From Trichoplax adhaerens (Eukaryota > Animalia > Placozoa): 64,000 nt of DNA. The notes under the pieces were generated by a model. It was not told the origin of the DNA and ran no database searches. It saw only the letters and a program-made list of their open reading frames with translations. Shown piece after piece: positions 41,452 to 54,519 of the stretch. The stretch spans positions 930,001-994,000 of the forward strand of contig NW_002060954.1 in the NCBI RefSeq assembly GCF_000150275.1. The letters are read 5' to 3'. The translations under genes were made by a program, and so were the position numbers. How positions within the stretch are numbered: the stretch's first letter is position 1; each line of letters opens with the position of its first letter.

Positions 41452-44400
41452 ATGGCTGACCGAGACGACAACATTAACAAGGCAAAGTTAGCCGAGCAGG
41501 CTGAACGCTACGATGGTAAAGCAAGAAATAATATTTATAAAACAGTTTCTTTGTATCTCAGATTTTTTTTCCATCAGCGATGTTCGCCATTATCGCTATT
41601 TTCTTGATACTCCTTTCCTCTTCCCCTCACACCTACCCGGAGTCAGTCAGTGTCTCGTATCTCATCTGCAAGGCGACCCTTTTCTCGTCGCGAATTTTAA
41701 TTTAAACCTAAATATTACAGAGCTGAGAGTATTTACTAGCCATTCATTAGCAACGATAATATTTTGTGTGCTCGTCAAATAACTACAGCAATTGAATCCT
41801 GCTTTAATTTTATTTTATGTATATATATATATATATATATATATACAGTATAAAGAGAAAATAGTTGAATTAATATCCATTGTGTCCTGTCTACTATAAT
41901 TCTAAGATAGTAGCGCGCGATGGTAGCTTTTTTTATCGTATAGATGCACTAGTGCATTGGAAGGGAGCGTAAGATAAAAATAAAGTCAAGTAAATGGTAA
42001 AGCTTCAAGACTGTATGACGGATGAAACTACTTTTTGTTAATTTTTATGATCTCTTCGTTTTCTTTTTACAAACTGTCCAATTAAATTGATTACGGTACT
42101 GCATAAGAATCAGTTTATACCGAGTCTCACTTTACGAAGATCCCAGTCATCTCAATTTAGATATGTATAGCTTTTCTTGTATAAAAAGTAAATTGAAAGG
42201 TCAGTTCCAAAAGTAAATATGTTATTGCAACGTACTATACAAAACTTTTACATGATAAAACCCGTAAATCATCTTCAAAAGTTTTCACGCTAACAATTTG
42301 GAAATTGGTTTCAATTAATTAATATAAATCGTAACGCTGTACTACATGTACAGCGCACTGTACAGTGCTGTACTCGAGTGTATTATACACTAAAGATCTG
42401 TACTCTGCTTTACTGTTCTACTGTACTGTACAGTACAGTACTGTATAAGGTAATGTGTTCGGCAGTGTTAAAAAGCGAACTGTGCAAGATTCAACTCGTA
42501 TTCAGCTACTTTTCCGCACTGCATTCAATTTTATCAAATACTTTATGTACTCGGTGAAAATAGCGGATAGTAAATAGCTCACAATTTTTCAACATGAACT
42601 GGTTAGATATTTAAAGCATTTACGTTCTTCATGTGATATACTGTATAAAACCATGAAATGTGCGTATGTTGTCAAGTTACTAACAGACCTGGTTAGAGCT
42701 TGCAGTATTGTACTGCGCTTAGTGTTCATTATAGTAGTTATACACTTGATAGCACTATTCTTGGTAAACAACGACTGACTGGCGAGTTACTATAGCGACT
42801 GTACCGTATGCCGACTTCACATTCCCTCCCCTTTACAATCCAGTGTACAGTACGTACTGTACCGTACTTGCATTTGTTGTACTGTACAGTACTGTAGTGC
42901 ACTACCAGTTTGACGATACTGTACAATGGCCGCCATGATACAGGATAATACGCAGTGTAGTGTGCTATACAGTACTGTACGCTGCACAAATTTAACCAAC
43001 GCGTGTTAATTACAGTATTGTACAGTATAGTGTAAATGGATAATTAAATCTTATGGGCCTTTACAGTACTTTAAAAATATGACAGTAGGTTTCGTACTGT
43101 ACAAGTACTGTAACTGTATGTTAATACAGTACTGTACATGAGCTACGGACAGTCAGTCCTAGCTACGGTACTTATCAAAAAGTTGAAAACGGATATACTG
43201 GACTGTAGTGTATTTTGCAGAAGTAATTTGAAATGAACATTGTACTTTTTCACAAATTAGTGGAGAGAATTAGAAATGCAGCAATGCTGTACGTCTGTAC
43301 CGTAGTAGTTCTCCTTTCGTAACTCCTATACGCTTCCTGGTGATTAAATTGTAATTGGAAAGCAGTATACAGAAATAATACTCTTGGAAAATGATGCAGA
43401 TCTTATGATTTTCATATTTTGTTTCTTATGTTAATAATACGTGTATTTACGTATTTCATAGAAATGGTTGAGGCTATGAAGAAAGTAGCTACTTTGGACA
43501 ATGGATTAAACACAGAAGAGAGAAATCTTTTATCTGTGGCTTATAAAAATGTTATTGGTGCTCGCCGCGCATCTTGGCGTATCATCTCTAGTTTAGAACA
43601 AAAGGAGGAAAATAAAGGCAAAACAGAAAAGTATTATTTGATTGTCGATTATCGTAAACAAGTGGAAAAAGAATTAAAAGAGATCTGTAATGATGTACTC
43701 GATCTGTTGAACGGCCATTTGGTATTGTGTGCGTCGGATGGCGAATCTAAAGTATTTTATTATAAAATGTAAGTTATGCTGATTAGTAGCAGCCACTAGT
43801 GTCATTCTAACCAATAATGGTTTATACGAAGCTATGCAATCTTAAGATGTGGGACTGAGGTTTTTGTAGTTACACTATTATTGTAATTGATCTTGAACCT
43901 TGTGCTTAAATGTTTGAAACGAAAGTTACAGGTGTGGGATAGAGTATTTTTCGTCGTCAGTTCTACTATACGTATATGCATAATAAAAGTAAAAGACAAA
44001 CTCTTTTATTGCCTATATGGTTAACGTTTTGAGCAATGCTATTTTTACAACACATCATGTAATATACGGTACACTAGAGACCCTAAATCTTAAATCCTTT
44101 TAGGGTCTTTACAGTGCACGGTACATCGCCGTACATCATTCGATGCTCAATCTACTGTAGTAATAATCAATATATATCATATCGTTGATATATTGATATT
44201 GATTGTTATGCCTCTTCGGAACAGTTGTGACCCATCCTGTAGAAGAGATGTACAGTAGTAAGCGATTGAAGACTGCGAATCGATACCCACATTAAAGGAA
44301 GATCAATATGTTAATAATTTAACGAACTTGACCTTGCCCATGATTGAGACACTGATCAGAGGACTAGAGGAATAACAAGATGTACTGTAGAATAATAAAT

Positions 44401-46034
44401 AAGAAAAATATTTGGCTTATTCTTGTAATCTTGTTATTGCTCTGCTGAACTGTACGAGTTTCAGACATTACCAACAGAACATCTTATCGATTACTATACC
44501 TCGTATTTATGACTTACCGATTCTAAGAGCGTAGCAATTCAGACGGCTTAAACTTCTTAAATACCAGAAAGTCATAGCACCGGAGCTATCGGATACCAGA
44601 TTTTTAGTACTATATCAGTTTATCAATATTTCCAACTGCTTACTACTTGCTTTCAGTTTGTGGACTTATTCGTTTCGCGGGTATACTACACTTGTATAAA
44701 TTAGTACTGTAGTATGTTTTACGATATGTTTGTATTGTTATCTGCTCATATCCAAATTGACCTCTATTTTAGCGTTATTGTTATTAGAATTAAATATTCA
44801 TCAAACTGATGAGTTATAAGTTAGCTCAATGGCCTTATTGAGACGTTGTGACTTAACAGCTAAGTAGCTCTAATGTGATACCTACTATTAATTGCGATGA
44901 GGTAGACAGAACTAATATTGTGAAATATTTTGATAACTTTTGTTTAAGACGACAACTTTAGCTATCCTTTGTTTTAGCGTTATTTTATAATGCAGCCTGG
45001 ATTACTACTCTAATACTATGAAATGCTTGTGTTTACACATATGACCTGAAATGTTGATTGGAATACATATTACAATCAAATCTTGTAATTGCAGCTAGCG
45101 AAAATAGACGAACTCACTACTTAGCAGTTATCTATGACTAATCCAATTTGAATATATAACGTATAAATACTGCACGTAAATTTATACCTGTCAGCGATCC
45201 GGCGACTTATTAGCCGGTCTAGGACTAGACCATGTAGACCGTCACTATTATATAAAAATTAGATCAATCTTTGATAACAGTGTATCAAGAAGGTTTACTA
45301 TGTATTAGTGCAAGAGTAGCTTTCGTAGTAGGATGTCTACTAATGCGGCATTGTTACCTTGTACTGTAACACGTATTTCCTTTCTCTTGAAGCTCAGATA
45401 AAATACGTTTTTTTAAGTGATCGTATGAATAAAAAAAATGTTCTTGAAAGTAGCTGAGATCGATTTCTATTTCAACAGGAAAGGCGATTACCATCGTTAT
45501 TTGGCCGAATTTGCTGCCGGCAACGATCGTAAAGCAGCATCAGAGGATTCATTAGTTGCTTACAAAGCTGCTACGGACATTGCTCGTGTTGAATTGAAGC
45601 CAACTAATCCTATCCGCTTAGGTCTAGCCTTAAACTTTTCTGTTTTCTACTACGAAATCCTTTCTTCGCCTGAACGTGCCTGCAACTTGGCTAAGAAAGC
45701 TTTTGATGAAGCTATTGCCGAATTGGACTCACTTGCTGAAGATTCTTACAAAGATAGTACATTAATCATGCAACTGCTCAGAGATAATTTGACATTATGG
45801 ACGTCTGATCTAAATAGTGAGGATGGTAAGCTTTTGCTATCATTTTACCATCTGTACTTCGTAATATTAATGTACTACATTTTTAAAGTAATTTAACTTT
45901 AACATTTATTCTATCATAGTTTACTTTATTATTTTAAATTTATTCGAAAAAGTACTTAAAATTTTTCATTTTATTTCACAGGGAAAGGTGAGTCCCAGTT
46001 ACAGGAAATAGATCCAGAGGAGGAACAGTCGTAG
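41452..46034 (+). CDS. YWHAE: 14-3-3 protein, epsilon-like, 4 exons
   Basis: Exons 41452-41515, 43462-43768, 45479-45825, 45982-46034. [11 protein letters not shown]|[49 protein letters not shown]|[11 protein letters not shown] and [23 protein letters not shown]-type motifs. Confidence 0.95.
41820..41844. repeat. (TA)n microsatellite in 14-3-3 intron 1
   Basis: About 12 TA units seen directly. Confidence 0.9.
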
Positions 46035-47281
46035 TTCTATGAAAACAGAAGTTTAAAAATGCCAACTAAGAAATACAGTATATTAAATAGAAGCGATTTT
46101 GACATATGGTAGATTTACTGTATTAGCTGCTACGGTAATAATTTTTAAATTCTACCAACTGTGACCACCTACCTAATTTAATTATGTTAGTTTATGGATT
46201 TTAAGCAGAAGTTTCAAGGTTATACTGTTTAGAAGCCTTAATCACGCTGTTGTGTACTAGGTCTGTATTTTATTTGGTAAGTTAGCCATGGAAGCAGAGT
46301 TGTGATTTTTTATTGTTGTTAATAATAACGCACCTCATTTCTTCCTGTAACATTGAATCTACATTTCTTAATATGCTAAAATCTTGTCCATCGCTATTGT
46401 CGTTATCGTTAGTCATCAGAGGCATTTAAGTTAACGGTAACATTCACCAATTGTGTCATTTGTATAAAAAACACTCTGCATTAGTTGGCAGTTATTACAA
46501 CGAAATTCGGTAATTCTAATCAAAAGTACTACAGTACTTGCTATTAATCCTGTGGCTATGGAAACCTTTTTATCAATACAATTAGTATCAACTATCCATT
46601 GAGAACCTGTTTATGTTGATTTACTTTTTCTTTTACTTCAACATTGGTGTTGCCCATATTAAGACTGAAGGAAGATGTGATAACAACGCATGTTTTCTGT
46701 GTCCAGGTATGCATACAGTATACCATGTCTCGATTAAACATGTGAAGTTTTGACCACCGTTACCTTTAATAATTTAAGATAACCCACATATACTCGTTTG
46801 TAAGTAATTATTACGTTTACTTGTACTGCCGTTTATTAGTTGTCCGTATTCTTCAAAATAAATTACAAAATCTGTGCGTGTTATCTAGAATAGTCTTTGA
46901 TTATGTAGCGACGATATGTGCTGCTTCTAGAGTTGCAGCAACTATTTATTAATGAGCTACGAAAACGATTTATAGTTAATAATATGGAATGGGCATACGT
47001 ACGTTGACTACATAGTTGATACCGAAATCCGAATTACTGTATTTTTAAGGTATAAATAGAATGTAAAGATGCTAATAGTATTATTGAAGCTACTATAGGA
47101 GATCGATAATTATTTAATGTATTCATGCTTCAGTTGCAGTTTATTTATGTGTTTTTCATGAAATAATTTGGGTCAATAGCTAATTCCTGTAGTTGACATC
47201 ACATTATTACGGAGTTCTTTAGTCTTGTTCGACACTTGTGTTATGATCATCGTTACTTTAATTTTCTCCTTATCTGTCTCC

Positions 47282-47790
47282 TTACATATATAAATAATGA
47301 AGTCTGTCAGTTTGTCTGCGATAGAAACGAAGTTTAAGCAATGTACAATTGTGCATGTACATAGTGCTAAGTACGTTTAGCTGAGTAACTTTTCGCCGGA
47401 AAGCTAATGCTGTAGTATAAATCTGAGAAAATGCCGTTTTTAGCACTGAATTCAATAAAACATTTTGTGTTATGTCGTATACTAACGCCATCATGAATTG
47501 TACCATGGCTTGCACATACTCGATAAGTCCGTACCATCTATTAATATTTTTCACTTTAAAATATGATGAAATTCTGTTTATGCCGAAGATCCAGACTGCC
47601 AAGAACACAAATAAGTTTATGCTACCGTTTATGTCCTTATACTATTTATACAAGCAATTCGTATAAATACTCAGTAAAATAGACCCAATGAATGAAGCAA
47701 TCGCACACGGAATTAAATAAAAGTTAATATTAAGGCAGAGTACTTTGGTAATTTGAAGAGGAAAGAATATTTTTTGCCTTACTTGCAAAA
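47282..47790 (-). pseudogene. Possible degraded membrane-transporter-like reading frame
   Basis: A hydrophobic frame IFFPLQITKVLCLNINFYLIPCAIASFIGSILLSIY...K*...LFVFLAVWIFG...WYGLIEYVQAMVQFMMALVYDITQN has one in-frame TAG at 47642-47644. The resemblance to MFS transporters is by eye only. Confidence 0.25.
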
Positions 47791-48018
47791 TCAGTTACAA
47801 GTAAATATTATTTTTACACGTGGACGATATCGTAGCTAATTATATTAAAATGCTCACGTTCTGCCAGTAATAATTAATATTATAATTAATTAATTATTAA
47901 TACAGTATTGCACTAATAAGTAAAAAACTATATTACAATTAGCCTGGAAGATATACCGTATGTGTAAAGGTTAGTATTAGTATCAGTAATAACTGATATT
48001 CAAAGGTACTAATGATCC

Positions 48019-48086
48019 GAAACTGTGTAGTAGCCCTAGCCATTAAAGTAATTTATGTAAAATGGTTAGGGCTACTGTATAGTTTC
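48019..48086 (+). other. 26-bp hairpin (22 Watson-Crick and 4 G-U pairs, 16-nt loop)
   Basis: GAAACTGTGTAGTAGCCCTAGCCATT (48019-48044) pairs without bulges with AATGGTTAGGGCTACTGTATAGTTTC (48061-48086). Confidence 0.8.
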
Positions 48087-49816
48087 CGTCAAACTTAAAC
48101 CAGGTTGAGTTCGAAGCTATACTTCTTGCCGGGCACCACAACATACAAACAACGGTACTCGAATACGTAAACATATACTATAGTACATTCTATGGTTTAA
48201 ACATAAGACTTAAGATGGCTAATGCCGAAATTCTATAGATTATACATGCTTATGAAAGCAGTTACACAAGACAAAACCACTGTACTTATAGGAGTATTAT
48301 ACGGCTATATACAGTATGCAACGTAACTGAAACTGTTAATTGTAACCTAGAATCCGTACTGTATAGGTAAATTAGCTGAGTTCAGGAGCGAGTTAACAGT
48401 AAAAAATATGGGACTCTTTGCCGTTGCTGTCAATTCAATCTACTGTTGAAACACTAGGATTAAGTGCTACTGTTAAATATCAGAAAATATTTAGTACATT
48501 ATGACTTCAGCAGATAATGTAATTTTTAATAAAAGGCTAAAGACATGTACTATAAAAAATTATATCATGTCTGCCAAGGCTAAATGTGCAGCTTACCAAA
48601 ATCTTATCAATCTTCTTAAAAAGGAGGACATTATGATCTAGGTAATCGTTACGTAAGCAATATCACATATCCCGTTGGACAGATAAATCACGGTATAAAT
48701 AGCTTACTTTCACGATAAAAGATTGGTATTTGCATATCTTTTACGACAGGCATGCAATCAATAAGGAAACTCGCCGAAGGAAGATTAAAAAATGAATATG
48801 TTTATTAAGAAAATTTTTAGCATATTATATCTAAGATATTGTCATTAAGCAATACAGTCCTATAGATTACAAAAGATATACTTCCAGTCAATAGTTTAAA
48901 AATCAATTCTGCATTATAATTGCATTTCGTGCTATCAATAGATCACTATTGACAAATACAATTAATAATACGTAGTAGAAAATATGTGTAAACCTCTATT
49001 TGAATATATACACTATACAGGCCCTATGTAATTATAATCAACAACAAATTTTTACTAAACGTAATCATTTATAGTAATAGTAAATATACTTCATCAATAA
49101 TAACAAATTCAAGAGCTGCAGCATTTAGTTACTGTAATTCAATACTAGCAAATATCAGATCACAACAAAATCAAAAATATCACAGATATGACCAATAAAT
49201 AAATACATTAAATTCTCAGATTTTATATCACATTTTGATAAAGTTATGGCAATAGATGAAACTGGCATTTAAGACCTACAAAGTAAGATAATGCCCTATT
49301 ACCACTTCGCTGCAGTTACATCATTAAGTACGCAGTACATTTAAGAGCAAAGGCAGTACCTTTACTTGCCATTTAAATTATACAATTGTCGTTTATGCAA
49401 AATAATTTCGTAGTGGCAACTGTACAAGAAATTTATCATCAATTACAATTATAATTTCGGAAAAAATATTAATTGTGCTTGTATTGATACCAGAATTTCA
49501 CTTTAAAACCGTACAGTACTCTACACCACAGGTATTTAAGTTAAAAATCGATTGCCAAACATCTTTCTATTAATAGAGTGTACGAAAACAAATTACAAAA
49601 CAATATCTATGATAGCTCTATATTAATTAAATACTGTATATTAACATAGTTGTAATTTATACATAATTATAAGTACACTAATTTCAGCGGTTTTATCGAT
49701 GAAAGTACATATATAGCAAATTGAAGAATTTAAACATCTTATACTAGTTAATTTTAAGGCAAGTTATTTACGATACTTTTCCTCATCCAGTTGCACCGAA
49801 CGCTAATATCATTAAA

Positions 49817-52800
49817 TCACTTCCCAATAGCAATATTTTGAAATTGGTGTCGCAGCTTTTCACGTAATTTATCTCTTCTAATACGAATAACTTTCTTATT
49901 TGCTTCATAATCCTCGATATCTTTCTCAGATATTTCAATATTCTCAGATTGACAATCCTGTTACATTATGATAGCATAAAAATGTCGAGTTGTTGTTTTT
50001 CATAAGTGAAAAGTGAAATTTTCTAAAATTGTATGTAAATTAATAGTAATTTAAGGTCAAAAAATTAGAGTTTTCACCTGATGCTGACTTCCCACAAATT
50101 CTGACCAGCCCATCGAATTTAATAATTCTATTTCTTCATCAGGAATAAACGAATCACCGGGTATTACGACCACCTTCCCGTTAAATATAACACACCAAAC
50201 GGGGTTAATTTAATAGATTACACTATGTTCGACAATAAATAGCGTTTCAAATATTCATCTACACCTCATGCACCATTCGAGAGTAGGAAATGTCAGAAAT
50301 ATCTCAAGAATGAATTATCGCTTAAAATGATTAACCTGATTTTTATTAGGTAAATGATCCCCATTTTCGCAGGAGTGACAAGCATAATCGTCGGTATCCT
50401 TACTGTCGTGTGTTGCATCGCTCGAGTTACTACCGACATCAGTATCATCCTGGTAATTGATGTCATGAATTAATCCGAAAAGAAATAAAATCAAATGTTG
50501 TAGGTTTGGGATCACACTCAAACATACACGCTACAATTAATATACAGTACCTGATCTACTTGATCTTCAGTATCCAAACAGTGGCAACTATCACTACTTT
50601 TCAAATTGGAATCATTATACTCGCTCTCAACGAACGGCAGGGTATTGGCTCGACAATCAATTCCAGCTTTACAAGGTATACCGTCGGTAATTTCTTTAAG
50701 ACGAAAATATTCATGCTTAATTAAGACTGAAGCCTTACTAGCGTATCCTAAAAGGAGGAACTTTCATTAATATACCTTTAGTTCTGCGTTTCTTTCGCTT
50801 AAGGCGTTTTTGCTCTCGTTTGGTTTCTTTAGCTTTGTCTGCTTCTGAAAATTCTTGTAATATCTTTTCTAAACGTGTTTCACCTTCTCCTCCGCGTAAT
50901 ACAATCTACGACGGTAAAATATTATACTTAAGCCCCAGCAGATCATAAAAGTAACGATACTAAATATAGTTGATGCTTTCGTTTATAATTACAAACCTCG
51001 CTTTTCCTCCTTAGTGATTCAATACATAAGTAAAATAACATAATCCACGTTTGTTCTTCAGTACGCAACTTTTGCCATAATCTATGTAATCGCTCCCACA
51101 AGTGAATTCCAATACAGGTTAATATCTAAAATTCGTTAAACAATAATATAAATTTACGGTTTGGTAACAGCATTTGGTGAAAATTACTTCACGTAGCGCT
51201 AGATGATAAACTGTTAACCTCTTCTTGAGCCGCCTCCATCGACTTTGCATGATGCTCCCTACGACTAATAAAGGATACTATGAGTACCCTAATCATTGTA
51301 GATCAATTAGCGACCTAAACCTACTATCATACATCACAAGTTACCTTCCTGATATCTCGGGCTCAGCTCTATCGATCAGATGGGCAATAAAATCTGTATC
51401 ACAACGCACTTTTATACACCTGCAATGCTCATTGCAGCAACAACCAATGCCATCGTATAGATCTTTCCGATATCTGAGCAATTTTAAAACAGTACTTTAA
51501 TACTTTAAACTGCTAAATGGAATATAATTGTTTACGCACTCTTTTTCCGCAATAATGTCCAATTCTCCTAATAGTATAGCAAATGCACGTATAACTTTTG
51601 CTCTGCACTCGGAACAAAATCTATACAATAGGTGCCAAGATTGTAGTATTAGTTAACTGATAATACATCATCATACTTATGTTTTCTAAGATAATTCTCT
51701 GTTGTCCCTAGTAGTAATTGAGAATCTATTGTGACAATCTATGTAAAAATAGCAATAAATGGTATATCATCATACTTATGTTTTCTAAGATAATTCTCTG
51801 TTGTCCCTAGTAGTAATTGAGAATCTATTGTGACAATCTATGTAAAAATAGCAATAAATGGTATATTAGTGGTTGAAAAAATTAGTTATATTAGTGAGAT
51901 GAAATGTCTAACTTCTTCTCTACACTCCTGTGAAAGCGAAATCCAAACATCAATCCAAATCCCAGACGAACGATATTTATGGCTATCTAGAGAATGTAAA
52001 GGACATCGCCTAAGAAAAGGTAATAAGAACAATTAGTATCAAAATAATTTTGTAAAAGCGGCAAATGCCAGCAAGTTATAAAATACTTGTTGCGCCTATT
52101 CTTTGGGATAGTATCCAATATATCTTTCAGTTGTATACTAATAACAAATAGCAGTTAGTTAGTTATCGATGTAATTGCGGCTTTACTAATATAAACATTC
52201 TATTCAAGTGAAATATATAGCTATTGCTCTGTACAGTAGCATAGTAATGCTATTTTAAGATATATTACCTTTCCTTATATAATAAATCATATATAAGGCA
52301 AGGATCTTTCAGGAATCCTCTATCTAATGTAATGTCTAATCAATAATAACATAACCATTAGAATATACATTTAATGTTGATTTTAATTTACACAGAAGGT
52401 TGGCGTATTTATAATTACGGCCAATAATAAAATTTAAGATAGCAACACATGTAGTTGTTAAAATAATAACAAGAGGTTATGTTTAATGACAGGTATTCTT
52501 ATAAACGTAAATCAAATAATTTTATTACCATTTTGTAATAACAGTATTGGTTTCAATGCTAAATCGTTATAAGTCTGCATGTTGCATAGTAAGCCTTCGA
52601 CACTACAATGAAATTTTACATTAAATTAGTATAATAATAGTAAAGTTTGGATCTACAATATATAAAAAATGGTATTTAAAGCATCTCTTTTTTAAGACAG
52701 TTTAGCTCATGAAGTAATTACCTCTTTCGACAGCCGACGCAAGGAATCACTTGAGACATTAGCGAAATCACTTCTTTAGCAGAAACCGAAAAGGTATTCG

Positions 52801-53754
52801 ATACTTCCTCAAGATTTAAATCTTTCATAGACTATACACGACGAGGTTTTATACAGAAACCGTTAATAATAGCATAGCTTAGTTAAGTATAAAATAATTC
52901 AAATACAAATTAAAATCTTATTAATTTTACTATTTTAATATTCAGAAGACTCAAATTTAATTCATTAAAAATGTTTGGTCTACAAGATGAAATTTCATGG
53001 TAATTTACTATCAATAGGCATAGCTGTTAAGTTGACAAGCAAGTGGTTCCTGGTTGTGGCGTGACGAAGCTGATGGGGTACTACAATAGTTGCTCAAGCT
53101 ATGCCTACCATCGAGTTAATCATAAATTGTACCGTACTGACTAACGTCATTCTTGAAAACGTTCAACTTTTTTACGCATTCTAAAATCATCTGTTAATAC
53201 TAGTCTAACATTATGATTGTTAATCCATAAACAATGTTTAAAGTAATTAATAGTAGGATACTATCGCGTTTGCCTTTAATATATCGTAAAACAAAATGTC
53301 AATAGCGCAATGGGCCTTGTAATAAATTGTAATGTCAAAAGGTTACTATCCATTAACTAATTAACAACATTTCCGTCAATATTCATTGCAGTAATACAGA
53401 TCTTTAGTTATCTATGTCCGAATTACCATAGACAATCTACTTACTTGCATGAATTCTTGCAATGTGATATGGTAGCTATTATGCTGATTATTAACTTTAG
53501 GCAAGAGCTCAGTTATCTCCATAATAACCTAAGTTTATGAACGGAAGGATTACCACATAATCATACCAAATTTAAAAGTATAATCGCATCAAAAATTTAT
53601 CATTATATTTTTCATAATATAGAAATTAATGTTTAAGTATGTATTTCTAAACAACCAAAATTTAACTTACGTATCGATTACTTTCTAACATGATAGGTAT
53701 CTGTCTACTATCCAAATGATCGATATAATCCAAACTGCCAACGTATACGCGCAT
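49817..53754 (-). CDS. GGNBP2: Gametogenetin-binding protein 2 (ZNF403); start codon uncertain
   Basis: SRQIPIML, SQVIPCVGCRKSVE, RCPLHSLDSHK, WIDVWISLSQECREE, YLRKHKFCSECR, DRAEPEISGREHHAKS and LTCIGIHLWERLHRLWQKLRTEEQTW, stop at 49817-49819. Confidence 0.9.
51667..51864. repeat. Exact 99-bp tandem duplication containing a whole 62-nt GGNBP2 exon
   Basis: Copies start at 51667 and 51766. Exon copies are 51677-51738 and 51776-51837. Confidence 0.95.
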
Positions 53755-54519
53755 AACTTTTGATGTAATATTCTTCTTTAATATCTCTTTCACCACTGTA
53801 ATTCCTAATAGTTTGATTCATTATTATTAAGTCAATACTACATTTAGGCGAAGAATATTCCTATCAGACCCTGACTAAGTTGCACATCTTCAAATAAACT
53901 ACGATATATAAAAAAACTGTGCAAATGTTGTAGATTCATAGTTATTATTTACAGTATCCATCTTGGTGGATTCTGATCTCGTTTAGATGGAAGTTATGAT
54001 ATGCTGGTGCTGTAACGTTTGATTTGCGGCTAATTAATATAAATTATGATATTTCAATTATATAACAAAAAATGATTATCGGATAGCTTCTCCATGGTCG
54101 ATTATGTTCAGATTTTTGGTAAAATATATTATTAGGGAACCAGCCATCTTATAAGGTATACTACCGTATATTTACAGTATTGCAAACTACTAGCATGATA
54201 ACGGCGATATGCGCAATGAGCGTAGGGGACACGATGATATTTTACTGTAATGCGACTTGCAACACGAGTACACTTGTGCTGCATGACATATCTAGAAATG
54301 TTGCTGAAACGTCTACAGTACGAGTCTATCTTCAATGCATTTGTAGAAACATATCTGCCCATTCTTAGCAAAATCAATCAAGATTTTGGGTGTAAGATCT
54401 TAGTTCATTTGATTCAAACTAGGCCTATTTGCTTGGACCAAGTCTAATGAAGGTATCGATAGAGCCATTCCAGCGGCCTATTTGGCTATATCACAGGGAA
54501 TTGGTTGGGTCCACAACAT

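Noticed and set aside
51270-51279. GTATCCTTT U12-like donors in a GGNBP2 intron and in an FTSJ3 intron (about 58105)
   Set aside because: They are not at exon boundaries, and ordinary GT-AG splicing already gives the conserved reading frames.
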